A stretch of 64,000 nt of DNA from an uncultured Bdellovibrio sp. (lineage in GTDB: Bacteria; Bdellovibrionota; Bdellovibrionia; Bdellovibrionales; Bdellovibrionaceae). The DNA lies in NCBI GenBank assembly GCA_963932905.1, contig CAWVRN010000013.1, forward strand, positions 46,472-110,471. Direction: 5' to 3'. Position 1 is the first letter of the stretch. Every line of letters starts with the position of its first letter. Below, piece after piece: positions 10,202 to 20,384 of this stretch. The position numbers were made by a program, and so were the translations under genes. The notes beneath the pieces are model-generated. The model saw only the letters and a list, made by a program, of their open reading frames with translations, ran no database searches and had not been told where the DNA came from.

Positions 10202-11041
10202 ATGTCTTCAAATATTTCTATTCAAAATTTCCTATCACAAAAATATATTTTTGAAGAAAGATATAACCTAAATAAACGCCCGGAACTAATTCGACATTAT
10301 TCAACTTTAAAGAGTGAAGCCGATAAATTGTTTTTCAACCAAACTATAGATTTTTCAAGTCTTTCATTCTATGCAAATAGCCAAAATTCAGATATTTGCC
10401 AGTGGTTTCTAAAAAATATTTCGACTGAAGCTCACTATTATGACTTTTCAATTCCTATGAGCCCCATTACACCTCTCGATTTCTATTTCGACGTTAGTCC
10501 CATAAATCACCGCCCTTGGAAAATGATATTGTTTATTTACAGTCCGTATACCTGCGACTCCCATGGACCTCTTACGCACCCTACTCATGTACAAAAATTT
10601 TTTCAGGAAAAAGAGGAAGAATACTTACCCAAATCTTTCTTTATTGAAGATCTCGAACTTGGTTGGATTTGCTATGATGATTTCGACACATTTACTTTTG
10701 TCCATCATATTCAACTGAAGGGGAAACTTAAAAGCCTGCTTAACAACTACGATTTGAAATGGTTTTACAGATTTATGGCGCGAAGCTTACCACATTTTTT
10801 CTCAAAAAAAACAAATCCCATCATTATCCCCACGGCTTCCATGTACGATAAACTGATGAAACGGGCTACCAAAAATTCTGGAATCTGTATTCAACCATAC
10901 AGCGAACGAATACTGGGAAGTTCGGGTTTTAAAAAAATAGACAGTCAAATATTTGATCTTCATTTTCCCGGAGAGCTCAAAAAAATGATTTTAAATAAAT
11001 ATCTCACTCCAAGTGAAATTGAGTTTTGGAGATATCCTTAA
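10202..11041 (+). CDS. Hypothetical protein
   Basis: Long ORF (track start 10064 overlaps the divergent gene; ATG 10202 more likely); no recognisable motif. Confidence 0.65.
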   Translation: MSSNISIQNFLSQKYIFEERYNLNKRPELIRHYSTLKSEADKLFFNQTIDFSSLSFYANSQNSDICQWFLKNISTEAHYYDFSIPMSPITPLDFYFDVSPINHRPWKMILFIYSPYTCDSHGPLTHPTHVQKFFQEKEEEYLPKSFFIEDLELGWICYDDFDTFTFVHHIQLKGKLKSLLNNYDLKWFYRFMARSLPHFFSKKTNPIIIPTASMYDKLMKRATKNSGICIQPYSERILGSSGFKKIDSQIFDLHFPGELKKMILNKYLTPSEIEFWRYP

Positions 11042-11069
11042 GCCAAGAATCCAACTAAACTCTGCACGA

Positions 11070-11687
11070 TTAATCCAATATTCGAATTTTCTTATTTTGA
11101 TGAAAATGACGTGCTTTAGTCATGAGTACCGCGATTGTCATACGTGGTTGATCGCCAAAATACGGTCTCACAACGTGTGATAAAAACGCAGGAAAAATAG
11201 CCAATCTATTTTCTTTTGGCTTTACGTATACTATTCCATTTGGGTAGTCAGTCGCCGTCGAATTTTTATATACCGCCAATTCTCCTCCCAAATACCGATC
11301 ATCTTTGGGCTCATCTATATTTAAATAAAACGTGATGGCAAAATATCCCCCCTCGGCCTGGTCATGATGAGTGTGAGTAATATATTCATCTGCCATCGTC
11401 TCACCATAATGTAGGACTTGATGAACCTGAAAATGAATTATTTCAAATTGCGAGCTGTCTTCTCCTGCATTCTGACAATAGTTCGTGAATGCACTTAATA
11501 AAAAACGCCGAAACAAATCAACTTCGGTAGGTAACCGATCATGATCAAAATTAATCATGGGGAATTTTTTCTGTCTTTTAAACTCCTCGAACATGAAGTT
11601 CTTCAGCTTCGCAAATTCGATGTCTGGTAATACGTTATCTTCTATTTGAATGTGTGTGGGCCAGAGGGTGTGAAAAGCCATGCTCAA
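11070..11687 (-). CDS. 2OG-Fe(II) oxygenase
   Basis: LWPTHI start, HTHHD, FYLN, GGEL, IFPAFLSHVVRPY, RMTIA. Confidence 0.82.
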   Translation of the reverse strand: MSMAFHTLWPTHIQIEDNVLPDIEFAKLKNFMFEEFKRQKKFPMINFDHDRLPTEVDLFRRFLLSAFTNYCQNAGEDSSQFEIIHFQVHQVLHYGETMADEYITHTHHDQAEGGYFAITFYLNIDEPKDDRYLGGELAVYKNSTATDYPNGIVYVKPKENRLAIFPAFLSHVVRPYFGDQPRMTIAVLMTKARHFHQNKKIRILD

Positions 11688-11815
11688 TAGTGTCCTGGCC
11701 TGACTATAAAATCAATTTTGTCCTAACTTGACGCAAGATGCGAAAATAGTGCCGATAGCGTGTTTTACTTTATATAATTTCTATTTCTTGTTCGAATAAA
11801 TGTTAGATTAAATTT

Positions 11816-12760
11816 ATGAAAAAACTTATAGTGAGCGTAAACCCATCCTATCTTTGCAACTTAAAATGCAAGTTCTGTTATTTGACGAAAGAGCAACTTA
11901 GCGACCCACATAAGTTAGATATAAAAACCCTTGAACACAAAATTAAAGATTTAGCTGATGTATTTGAAATTACCAAGTTTGACTTATATGGCGGGGAATT
12001 TGCCGTTTTACCGCTGTCCTATCAAAATGATGTAGTTTCAGTGTTACAGCACTATGCGCGTGACAAAGTAAACATAATTACGAATTTGACTAAACTCAGC
12101 GATATTTTTTTTGATGAAGCGTTGGATATAAGCGTGAGCTTTGACTTTTCTGCGAGAGAACAACATGAACTAGTTTTAAAAAATATTGGATTTCTAAATC
12201 GTCCTATTTCCATACTTATGCTAGCGTCACCGGATTTGATGAAACTCGATCATGAAATGATGATTCAAACATTTAATATTTTTAGAAACATTATCAGTGT
12301 AGAAATTAAGCCTTACTCGACGAACCAAGCGAATGCCTTAAGTACTAAATTTAGCTCTTTTGAAGAATTCGTAAAAAAATGGATTTCTGCAAAAACAAAA
12401 AAAAACTTCTCGTTTGAAAATGAAAATCGCATTCAAAAAAGTTTAAAAAGATCTTACTCTGCTTTTTCCGATGATCATATTTACATCACTCCTTCTGGAA
12501 AATACGCAGTATTGGAATTTGACAAAGCCGACAACGAATTCTTTCTTGAGCTAAATTCCATTGAAGACTATTTAAATTGGTGCCAGCAGGAACCAAATAA
12601 ACTGACTCCCATCTGTCAGTCTTGTGAATATTTGGGCAATTGTTTAACAGAGCATTATCGACAAGTAAAATCCTTGGAAAACAGCTGCAATGGTTTTAAA
12701 TTCTTACTGGATTGGTATCGAAATGAAAAAATGGAAAATAAATCAGCAGATTTATCATAA
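11816..12760 (+). CDS. Radical SAM protein with C-terminal auxiliary-cluster motif
   Basis: CNLKCKFC, YGGE, ITNL, YITPSG, CQSCEYLGNCLTEH...SCNG. Confidence 0.9.
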   Translation: MKKLIVSVNPSYLCNLKCKFCYLTKEQLSDPHKLDIKTLEHKIKDLADVFEITKFDLYGGEFAVLPLSYQNDVVSVLQHYARDKVNIITNLTKLSDIFFDEALDISVSFDFSAREQHELVLKNIGFLNRPISILMLASPDLMKLDHEMMIQTFNIFRNIISVEIKPYSTNQANALSTKFSSFEEFVKKWISAKTKKNFSFENENRIQKSLKRSYSAFSDDHIYITPSGKYAVLEFDKADNEFFLELNSIEDYLNWCQQEPNKLTPICQSCEYLGNCLTEHYRQVKSLENSCNGFKFLLDWYRNEKMENKSADLS

Positions 12761-13136
12761 ACTCACAGACAAACATTCGGACGACTTAAACACCTTAAGC
12801 ATACGTTATGATAGCAATATTGCCAAATCGACGGTTTCCTATTTTCGAGGAAAAACGACGGGTCTAGTTTATCCCGCTAAAAGCTATTTCGTGGGAATTT
12901 GTTACGCCAAATGGATACAGCAAGACTTTGGAGATAGTTTTAAAGACAACCTAGACGATGCGGAGCTTTTATTCAAAAATGACCCTTACTTTAAACGGTA
13001 TTCAGAAGCAAAAGATGTTTATGACCAGATTCTTAGTATCGTTGGGCTTAACTTCGATGAATCGGTAGGTATTATTCCCGTGGTGCGACAATATTACCTA
13101 AATGAAATTCAACTCAAAGGATTTGATAATCCATAA
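12723..13136 (+). CDS. Hypothetical protein coupled to radical SAM gene
   Basis: Overlaps the 3' end of 11816..12760; YPAKSY, NDPYF; ATG 12723 likely start. Confidence 0.7.
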   Translation: MKKWKINQQIYHKLTDKHSDDLNTLSIRYDSNIAKSTVSYFRGKTTGLVYPAKSYFVGICYAKWIQQDFGDSFKDNLDDAELLFKNDPYFKRYSEAKDVYDQILSIVGLNFDESVGIIPVVRQYYLNEIQLKGFDNP

Positions 13137-13201
13137 AACTTCTTTGTAGAAATACCGAAGTAAGTATTAATATAAATATAGATAGGAGCATCGGAGGAAG
13201 C

Positions 13202-13810
13202 TTGGAAATTCAAACTCAGTTTATCAATCCGTTTCCAGTTGAGTTACTTGTACGAGATTTCGAAATGCCTCCAAACTGGAATGAGAATTTGGATTTATTT
13301 ATTCGCACCCAAGTTTTCAAAAACCAACAAATATATAATCCGAACAATCCTAGCATGTTTGATGAAATCAATATCTTTGCAAATGAATATGTTGATAAAA
13401 GTGAAGAACTGCAAATCCTCTATAAAATGTTTTACGACGGCTTTAAAGATCTTGCCCTACATAGTGACCCGAACATTTTACCTGAATCTATTTCTAAAAT
13501 GGATTTTAAGGGAAAAGTCCCTTTCATGAAGTCTGGCGACTTTAAGAAAGTTCACAATCATGTTAAGGCGGATGCCTACGGAATTTTTTATTTGAATGAA
13601 ATCGCACCCAAGTCTGGTGGCCAACTGATCTTGCACCATCCTGTTTTTCACAATCAAGTATATTATACCGCTCCTGCAGAGTATCCTATTCCTCATAAAA
13701 AAAATCGCCTCATTGTTGGTCCTAGCTATGTATGGCACGAAGTGAGCTATTATTCGGGTAAAACGGAACGGCAGGTTATATCTGCTGACTGCAACCTATT
13801 TTGGACATAA
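13202..13810 (+). CDS. 2OG-Fe(II) oxygenase
   Basis: GGAGG RBS + TTG; PFPVEL, VHNH, FYLN, GGQLIL, GPSYVWHEV, RQVIS; similar layout to 11070..11687. Confidence 0.82.
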   Translation: MEIQTQFINPFPVELLVRDFEMPPNWNENLDLFIRTQVFKNQQIYNPNNPSMFDEINIFANEYVDKSEELQILYKMFYDGFKDLALHSDPNILPESISKMDFKGKVPFMKSGDFKKVHNHVKADAYGIFYLNEIAPKSGGQLILHHPVFHNQVYYTAPAEYPIPHKKNRLIVGPSYVWHEVSYYSGKTERQVISADCNLFWT

Positions 13811-13822
13811 AATTTTACGCGA

Positions 13823-14374
13823 GTGAGTATCACAATGATTACAAAAAAATATATTGGCGCCGGTGCCTATGAAGTTCAAGGTTTGGGTAATGAAATTCTT
13901 TTTCCCATTCAAAGCCTCATACCAGGGGATGAAATTAAATTCGAACGCGAAAACGATCGCCTAATTACGGCTGCAGTTAGCCACTTACCTAGCTTATTGG
14001 GACTTTTTATCTTAAATTCTGATTACGCGCAGACCAACGTTGACCATAATCAACTTACCCGAGCCTGGGCCTGGGAGTGGCATAGTGACTCGGTAAATAA
14101 CCCTCAAGTAGATTGTAAAGTAATACTCTACTTCGTCAGTGAGGACCTTACGGAAGAAACTGGAAATCGAATTTGCTTTAGAAAAAAAACAGAAAATAAT
14201 GAATACACTTACGATATAAAAAATAACTCATTGATCGTCCAACGTTCAGATCCACACGGAGTGTATCAACACAAAAGGGAACCAAGTCGAAAACCTATCA
14301 AAAGCAGAATTATTTTGTCAATGAATTGCCTGGGCTTCGATACTTTTTTAAAAAGTGTCCCCGATGCCATATAG
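13823..14374 (+). CDS. Putative 2OG-Fe(II) oxygenase
   Basis: WEWHSD (HxD), VILYF, TGNRI, YQHK, RIIL pattern. Confidence 0.62.
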   Translation: MSITMITKKYIGAGAYEVQGLGNEILFPIQSLIPGDEIKFERENDRLITAAVSHLPSLLGLFILNSDYAQTNVDHNQLTRAWAWEWHSDSVNNPQVDCKVILYFVSEDLTEETGNRICFRKKTENNEYTYDIKNNSLIVQRSDPHGVYQHKREPSRKPIKSRIILSMNCLGFDTFLKSVPDAI

Positions 14375-14385
14375 CACAAACTCTG

Positions 14386-15255
14386 ATGACACAATTTAAA
14401 GTCTTTATTTTTTCTATATTTTTCGGCTCTACTACGTTGTTCGCAACCGAGGAATTTCAGTTCTTTTTTCAAAATGATTTATTTATCAGAAAAAATTCTT
14501 GCGGTGAAAAAGAAATAGGATATCCAAAAGCCATAAGAATTGAAACACATTTACCCAAAAGTATTATAAAAAATAATTTGAAAATAACCGTCAAAGAGGC
14601 GAACTCCAATTTTAGCCAAACAATTATATACAATGGAAGTTCATTTTTTTATCCTGGGGTGTTTGGGGAAAAGGGACATTCTGAATACGGAATGCCTTTG
14701 TGTGAAGCTCATTTGGCTGGCTGTAGTTTTTTCTTTTTTGTATTCGACTTTGAAAAGCTGTCTTCTAGAAGTATTTGGAAACTTGATATCAGAATAGAAG
14801 AACTCGATTCAAAAAAAATTGTCATCGAAAAATCTAAAATTCTAGTTAAAAACGAGTTTTCAAAAAAAAAGGACGCCTATTTAATAAATGAAATCGATTT
14901 TATAGATGCCACCCCCAGCAAAAACGCGGTTGCTTTGGTTAGTCCCCAAAAAATAAAAAAAATATTAAAAGAAGGATATAATGTGGACTTCATTTTTTCG
15001 TGGAGAAGCACAGAGGAACAAATTGGCTATTCGGAAAAATTTCATAATATAAAATTAGATAGTGAATGGATAAAACAAAATAACCCGAAATTTCCATTTA
15101 ACGAAGATCCAACGAAGCCGAAAACCTATTTGAGCTTTATGGTTTATTTGACAAAAAAAAATGTCGCTTTTGAAACAAAAATTGTTATTTTAGATAACAA
15201 GTACTCAGATTTTTTTTCTAAGTGCAAAAACCCGACTTCATCAGGTGGAAAATGA
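14386..15255 (+). CDS. Secreted Cys-bridged protein, paralog family B
   Basis: Signal peptide from ATG 14386; aligns by eye end-to-end with 29420..30262 (FFFQxDxFIRKNxCG, FSWR, YLSFMV). Confidence 0.78.
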   Translation: MTQFKVFIFSIFFGSTTLFATEEFQFFFQNDLFIRKNSCGEKEIGYPKAIRIETHLPKSIIKNNLKITVKEANSNFSQTIIYNGSSFFYPGVFGEKGHSEYGMPLCEAHLAGCSFFFFVFDFEKLSSRSIWKLDIRIEELDSKKIVIEKSKILVKNEFSKKKDAYLINEIDFIDATPSKNAVALVSPQKIKKILKEGYNVDFIFSWRSTEEQIGYSEKFHNIKLDSEWIKQNNPKFPFNEDPTKPKTYLSFMVYLTKKNVAFETKIVILDNKYSDFFSKCKNPTSSGGK

Positions 15256-16175
15256 AAAAGCTATTTTTTGTATGTTTTTCGGTTGTTATAATGATACTTC
15301 TTATCTGGACATTAAGTCCAAACCCTAGCAATTTGGTTATAACGCAGCAACAGGTAAAGGAACTTTCACCTAACCAACCACCTCAGGTTGACCATGTCAG
15401 GTTTCACAATATTATCTTAACTGAGAAAAATGAGTGCGGGCAAACCCGAGAAAGCACTATTAGGGTATTTGATTTAGTATTTTTTGCTCCTCTGGAATTG
15501 ACTAGGGACAAATTGAGAATCATCGTCACAGAAGAGGTATCGGGCAACCAGCAAGAGATTTTTTTTGATGGAAACTCATTTTTGTATAAAAAATTAAATG
15601 CCAATTCCGATGTCCAAGACTTTGGAGTTCCTGAAAAATGCATAAGCCGCGATCCGTGTCCATTTTTTGTCAAAGTAAAACCCGAATATTGGAAAAATTT
15701 GAAAAGGGAAGTTCGGTTTTCCGTGAATATATTTAACTCAAACAACCAATCCGAACCTGCACTGGTAAAAAAATATGACACAGAAGAGAATCAATTTTTA
15801 ACTTCTTTTGCCGCCCCTCGAAACGAAATCAGTGTTTTGTCTTCATTTGATCCAAAGACAAAGACAGTTTACGCTTATTTACCTAAAACCCCCGTCATTG
15901 ACCAATTGAATAAAAGTACTGAGCTGTATTTGGTCATACAGACAAAGAACAAAGTAGAGCAAAATTTTCTAGATAAATTTGAGTTCGATGTAAACCTTTT
16001 TGGACTAGAAAAGCGCATACGTGGAGACAATTTTGAATACAAGACTAAGATAAATTCATCAGACCCTGCTTACCTCAATACAAGCTTTTATATGATTAGA
16101 AAAAACTTGTCCGAGGCCCACAGCGTAATTTCTATAAACAAATCTGATCCATTTTTCAATTGTTCACAACAGTAG
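15252..16175 (+). CDS. Membrane-anchored/secreted protein, paralog family B
   Basis: ATGA overlap with the upstream gene; N-terminal TM; KNECG, central Cys pair, terminal FFNC. Confidence 0.75.
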   Translation: MKKLFFVCFSVVIMILLIWTLSPNPSNLVITQQQVKELSPNQPPQVDHVRFHNIILTEKNECGQTRESTIRVFDLVFFAPLELTRDKLRIIVTEEVSGNQQEIFFDGNSFLYKKLNANSDVQDFGVPEKCISRDPCPFFVKVKPEYWKNLKREVRFSVNIFNSNNQSEPALVKKYDTEENQFLTSFAAPRNEISVLSSFDPKTKTVYAYLPKTPVIDQLNKSTELYLVIQTKNKVEQNFLDKFEFDVNLFGLEKRIRGDNFEYKTKINSSDPAYLNTSFYMIRKNLSEAHSVISINKSDPFFNCSQQ

Positions 16176-17196
16176 ATCGATCGATGTATGCAAAAGTTGC
16201 TTTAAACGGACAGTCCGCGGTGCTTGCGCGTTTTGTAAAGCTATGCTTTACAAAACAGCCCAAAGTGCATCGATTAAAATACTTACACTCTAGGCAATTG
16301 TATTTTTCCATAAAATTCATTTCCACAGCACTGTTGTCATTTGATTCAATTACGACGTCAAATAGCGGCGATACAGATTTGTTTTGTAAAATCAAATTAC
16401 CACATTTACATTCGGTTCCATCACCAAGTAAAAGTTTTGAACTACGACAAGACATCGTATTATAGGAATTTTCAATCCATTCCCTGATGGGATTTACTTT
16501 TGGAAAGTTATCTACAAGGTATTTAAAAAATACAACCAAATCATCATCATTTGGCATCATTAGCTGGTAATCATCTGCCGGAGAATAATAGTCAAAATAG
16601 ATATAAAAGTTTTTTTCGTACAAATATTCAAAATATCGATCGCCAGAGTTCAACATCAAACTTATAAGTGGCTTCGTAATAAGCATACTAATACAACTAA
16701 TTTCGTCGGAAAAAAATTCGACGTTGCTTTTAAAAAGTTCAAAATTGCTGTGACTAAAGCGCCCCCTCGGATCATAAGATGTGACCAGGTTATATGCGAT
16801 GTTATTCTTTTTAAGATCGGCGAAGAGAGCCCGTATTTGGCTCTGTCTATTATTTACTAAGTTTGAAACAAAATTGAAAACTACTTTTTTATTGTTCTTC
16901 CGAGTGAATCTATCGACTTCGTCGCAGAGGTAAAAATAGTCACTTTGCAAATTTTCGTCAAATAGGTCATCGGCAAAAATCTCGCCACCCATTATATTTA
17001 TTGTAAATTCAAACCGCTCGTCTTTATCCAGCATTGCGATTAACTGTGGTACTTTATTTCTAACTTCGGCTACCCCTTTTAACGCAGAATGATCTTGCCA
17101 ACAAAACTTACAGGCCAAGTTACACTTTTCAAATAGGTGCAAGGTGTACTCTTGATTGGGGCTTCGTTTGTTTTTCAAAACAAAATCGCTTATCAT
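16156..17196 (-). CDS. Radical SAM/SPASM-like protein
   Basis: CNLACKFC, MGGE, CLECKYFNRCTLGC (CxxCx5Cx3C), CP. Confidence 0.9.
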   Translation of the reverse strand: MISDFVLKNKRSPNQEYTLHLFEKCNLACKFCWQDHSALKGVAEVRNKVPQLIAMLDKDERFEFTINIMGGEIFADDLFDENLQSDYFYLCDEVDRFTRKNNKKVVFNFVSNLVNNRQSQIRALFADLKKNNIAYNLVTSYDPRGRFSHSNFELFKSNVEFFSDEISCISMLITKPLISLMLNSGDRYFEYLYEKNFYIYFDYYSPADDYQLMMPNDDDLVVFFKYLVDNFPKVNPIREWIENSYNTMSCRSSKLLLGDGTECKCGNLILQNKSVSPLFDVVIESNDNSAVEMNFMEKYNCLECKYFNRCTLGCFVKHSFTKRASTADCPFKATFAYIDRSTVVNN

Positions 17197-18239
17197 AGTC
17201 GAACCTCAGGTTGTCTCTTTTTTACAAGAACATTTCCGGCTTCTTTTTTATTTATTTCGATTACTTTTTTTGCTATCTCTTTCATTCCCGAACAGTGGCG
17301 TTCTATCGAGTCGTGTTGCTTCAGGTCGTGGATTGTTTTTTTACATCCGTTGCAAATATTAAACATCGGACATGTGTAACATTCAATTTTAAGTGCATTC
17401 AGTTCCGTCTGATTTAGAAGAGGTCGATGGACATTGACATCTGACATTTCCTGCTCAAAAGAAATGGGATAAAGTCGGTCATCCGCAAATGCCCCACAAC
17501 TATAGTAGTCACCGGATGGCTGCAAACATCGAATATTAGAATCGCAATTGCGATTCTGAGGGCACGTTTGATGACGTCCTGAAAATCTTTGCATCATCTG
17601 TTTAGTGTTGTATTCCCAGGGCCATAGTTCCATTTCATATATTTGCACATATATCTTATAGATTTTGGACAAAATATAGGGCTTTATTTGATCCCCGCTG
17701 GCCATCGCATAGTTCAGCTTACATTCGACACCCATCTGCTTAGCTAGTTCGACATTTTTAATTGCCGTGATATCGTTCTCATCGGTGATCACGGAAATGA
17801 AATCGGGTCGATAACCTACCTCATTTAAAAATAAGTCACTGACTCCCCAAAACATGGGTTCAGTATAAACTAAATCTTTTGTTATTCTGCGAGTGTCACC
17901 GAAATTAAAAGAGGTTGTAACTGAAACACGATGATTTTTAAATAACGGAGCCCACCTAGACGGACTATTTTTAAAAGCCCACAGATTTGAGGTAAAACTT
18001 ATTGAAGTCGACATTTTTTCCTGATCTAGAAATTCGATTATTTTCCAATAATAACCAGGATCTACCATCAGTGGATCTCCGCCATTAACAATTATGCTTC
18101 CCGTTTCTGGAAAACGTTTTAAAAAAGAAAATATCGTTTCTAAATCTAAGATTTTAGATTTTTCATCTGTAATATTTGTACTTGAGCAGAAAGTACATTT
18201 AAAATTGCATCGCTCAGTTGGTTTTATTATTAATTCCAT
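17193..18239 (-). CDS. Radical SAM/SPASM protein
   Basis: IKPTERCNFKCTFC, NGGDPL, TSNL, PSGDYYSCG, CYTCPMFNICNGC. Confidence 0.92.
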   Translation of the reverse strand: MELIIKPTERCNFKCTFCSSTNITDEKSKILDLETIFSFLKRFPETGSIIVNGGDPLMVDPGYYWKIIEFLDQEKMSTSISFTSNLWAFKNSPSRWAPLFKNHRVSVTTSFNFGDTRRITKDLVYTEPMFWGVSDLFLNEVGYRPDFISVITDENDITAIKNVELAKQMGVECKLNYAMASGDQIKPYILSKIYKIYVQIYEMELWPWEYNTKQMMQRFSGRHQTCPQNRNCDSNIRCLQPSGDYYSCGAFADDRLYPISFEQEMSDVNVHRPLLNQTELNALKIECYTCPMFNICNGCKKTIHDLKQHDSIERHCSGMKEIAKKVIEINKKEAGNVLVKKRQPEVRL

Positions 18240-19333
18240 CAGTAGTTAAAGTTTCCGTATTTGTAAAAGTTGTCATTTACCGTTTTAAATCCTGCCCTAG
18301 GAGCCAGACAATCTTTATAGTCTAGTTTTTCCATCAAATAATGCATTCCCCGCCCCACACAGTTTGAGGCGTATTCGCACCCAGCACATTCTGTGGTTTT
18401 TTCAATGTATTTCAATGAATCAACCATCATGCGATTCTCGAACTCTACAATTGTATTATAGTTCCATACGGTGTCAGCTCCCAAACCGGCATCGTCTTCA
18501 TACACAATTAAAGGCTCTCCCAAAAATACGGTAGAATATAAATTTCCATTTTTATAGACGTAATCTTTATCGTAGCCCTCATACCTTTTCCCGTAATTAA
18601 AGTTCACCTCTTGGCTCTTTTCTTCAATTACCGCTTTTTCAAACAGCAGATTAAGATACTTGATTAGGTGGAGAACCTTTTTTTTATTCTCAGGTATCGT
18701 CAGAGGCAATCTACCTTCCGATATGACCAAATCAAGATGACCTTCTGGCCAAATTTGGTTAAAATACTTCGAAAAATCATGAAATTGATAAAGTGGATCA
18801 TGCTCCTTCTGATATTCATGTAAATTTACTATGTTGTACACGTGACCAAACTCACAGTTTGGAATAATACTTTCGAAGAGTTTAATTTTTTCTTTGATAC
18901 CATTTAAATACTTTTCGTTCCTTAAGTGTTTGGGCTCTAACGGAACAGTCCATTTAACACGACGGCCAGATAAAATAGGCTTTAATTTATTCGCCCAGTA
19001 TCTAACGACTTCATGATCTGCTAAAAAGGTAGAATTTAATACCAGGTTACGAAAATAATCCATCATAGGAATAATGTCTTTATTAAGAATTTCATCGGTA
19101 TTGCGAGCACTCATAAAATCCGTGGCGCCAACAGCCAAATTTATCAAGACATGATTGTTATCCTTAAGATCCTGAAACAAATCCATAAGTCGTCTGAAAT
19201 CATTTCCAATAAATCCGTTAGCGTCGTCTTTGTTGATACGACATCCTGTACACTTCCACTTACAACCGCTCAAAACCTCTAAATTTATATCAACTAAAAA
19301 GTGGGATTGGTAATTAGCCAAGATTTCCTCCAA
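18239..19333 (-). CDS. Divergent radical SAM protein
   Basis: GCKWKCTGC (CxxxCxxC); GGE region reads VGATDF; C-terminal CAGCEYASNC...C. Confidence 0.78.
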   Translation of the reverse strand: MEEILANYQSHFLVDINLEVLSGCKWKCTGCRINKDDANGFIGNDFRRLMDLFQDLKDNNHVLINLAVGATDFMSARNTDEILNKDIIPMMDYFRNLVLNSTFLADHEVVRYWANKLKPILSGRRVKWTVPLEPKHLRNEKYLNGIKEKIKLFESIIPNCEFGHVYNIVNLHEYQKEHDPLYQFHDFSKYFNQIWPEGHLDLVISEGRLPLTIPENKKKVLHLIKYLNLLFEKAVIEEKSQEVNFNYGKRYEGYDKDYVYKNGNLYSTVFLGEPLIVYEDDAGLGADTVWNYNTIVEFENRMMVDSLKYIEKTTECAGCEYASNCVGRGMHYLMEKLDYKDCLAPRAGFKTVNDNFYKYGNFNY

Positions 19334-20384
19334 ACGCTCGATTAACTCGCGCTGAATGATAAAATTTTAATTCTTCCGGATTTTTAAAAAAAGTCGTCGT
19401 CGCAAAATCTATAAAATAGTTGTTCAAAGTTAGACCAAATTTAGATTGCCCTATGAAATTTCTAATTCGGCTATTTAAATCTAAATCTAAAATAGCGTCT
19501 ATAGAAATATCGAAATTTAACTTTAACCATTCAAAGGCAACGTCCAAAAGTGGATTCGGCAAGTACTGTCTTACCTTCGACAACTCCCGCTGAATATCTT
19601 TGATATCATAGTGAGACTCTAAAAAATTATTTCGATTGACCGCCACCTGTCCATCCATCATAAACTTTAAAAAATTTTCGCTGTAACGTTCTGCATGTTT
19701 AGTCATCTCGTCTATGAAAGAGTAACTGGACAGCAGTTCAGCTCGCAAATCTAAAAGTAATAAAACTTGTGTTTCTTGAAGATCTTTCGTCAGTTGCTTC
19801 TTTGTTCCTTCCGGGAGTGGCATTTTTGCAGAGATATAATCAACATAGGCATTCTCAAAAGGCAGAATATGCCAATAGTCAAACCGATCTCCGAAAATAC
19901 CTCTGTTGGATTTTTTTATTGTTTTAGGCCGCGATGCCTGAACAAATTTATCTATTTTATGAGCCAAATCCTTAGTCAGATTCCCGGCTGCCGTTCGGCT
20001 CCTTAGCAGTCTATATTCATATCTATCTAGTACCATTTGAAATAAAAAGTTGGCCCGAGACTGATCGATATCCGGCATCATGCTAAACACCCAGTCACTG
20101 TATACAGCTATAAAATTCTCTACATCACAGTAGATGATCGTTTGACCTTCAGATTTAATCAAATTACTCCAAAATACACTTAATCCATCAGAGTTTGAAC
20201 TAACAAAATCAATATAAGAATCTTGGCTGTAAACGACGTTACCAAAGATTAGTCCTGTTAAATTCTTTTCCTCTTCTGAAAAAACACTCCAGCGATTCCC
20301 CGCCTCACCAAAAAACACCAAGTTTTGACTGTTTCGTATATCAAAATCAGGAGCCAGAAAAACGTTACCGACTAAGTTAATCAT
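19314..20384 (-). CDS. Hypothetical protein, unknown paralog family A
   Basis: MINLVGNVFL start, IIYCD, HYDIKDI, LNNYF. Confidence 0.72.
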   Translation of the reverse strand: MINLVGNVFLAPDFDIRNSQNLVFFGEAGNRWSVFSEEEKNLTGLIFGNVVYSQDSYIDFVSSNSDGLSVFWSNLIKSEGQTIIYCDVENFIAVYSDWVFSMMPDIDQSRANFLFQMVLDRYEYRLLRSRTAAGNLTKDLAHKIDKFVQASRPKTIKKSNRGIFGDRFDYWHILPFENAYVDYISAKMPLPEGTKKQLTKDLQETQVLLLLDLRAELLSSYSFIDEMTKHAERYSENFLKFMMDGQVAVNRNNFLESHYDIKDIQRELSKVRQYLPNPLLDVAFEWLKLNFDISIDAILDLDLNSRIRNFIGQSKFGLTLNNYFIDFATTTFFKNPEELKFYHSARVNRAFGGNLG

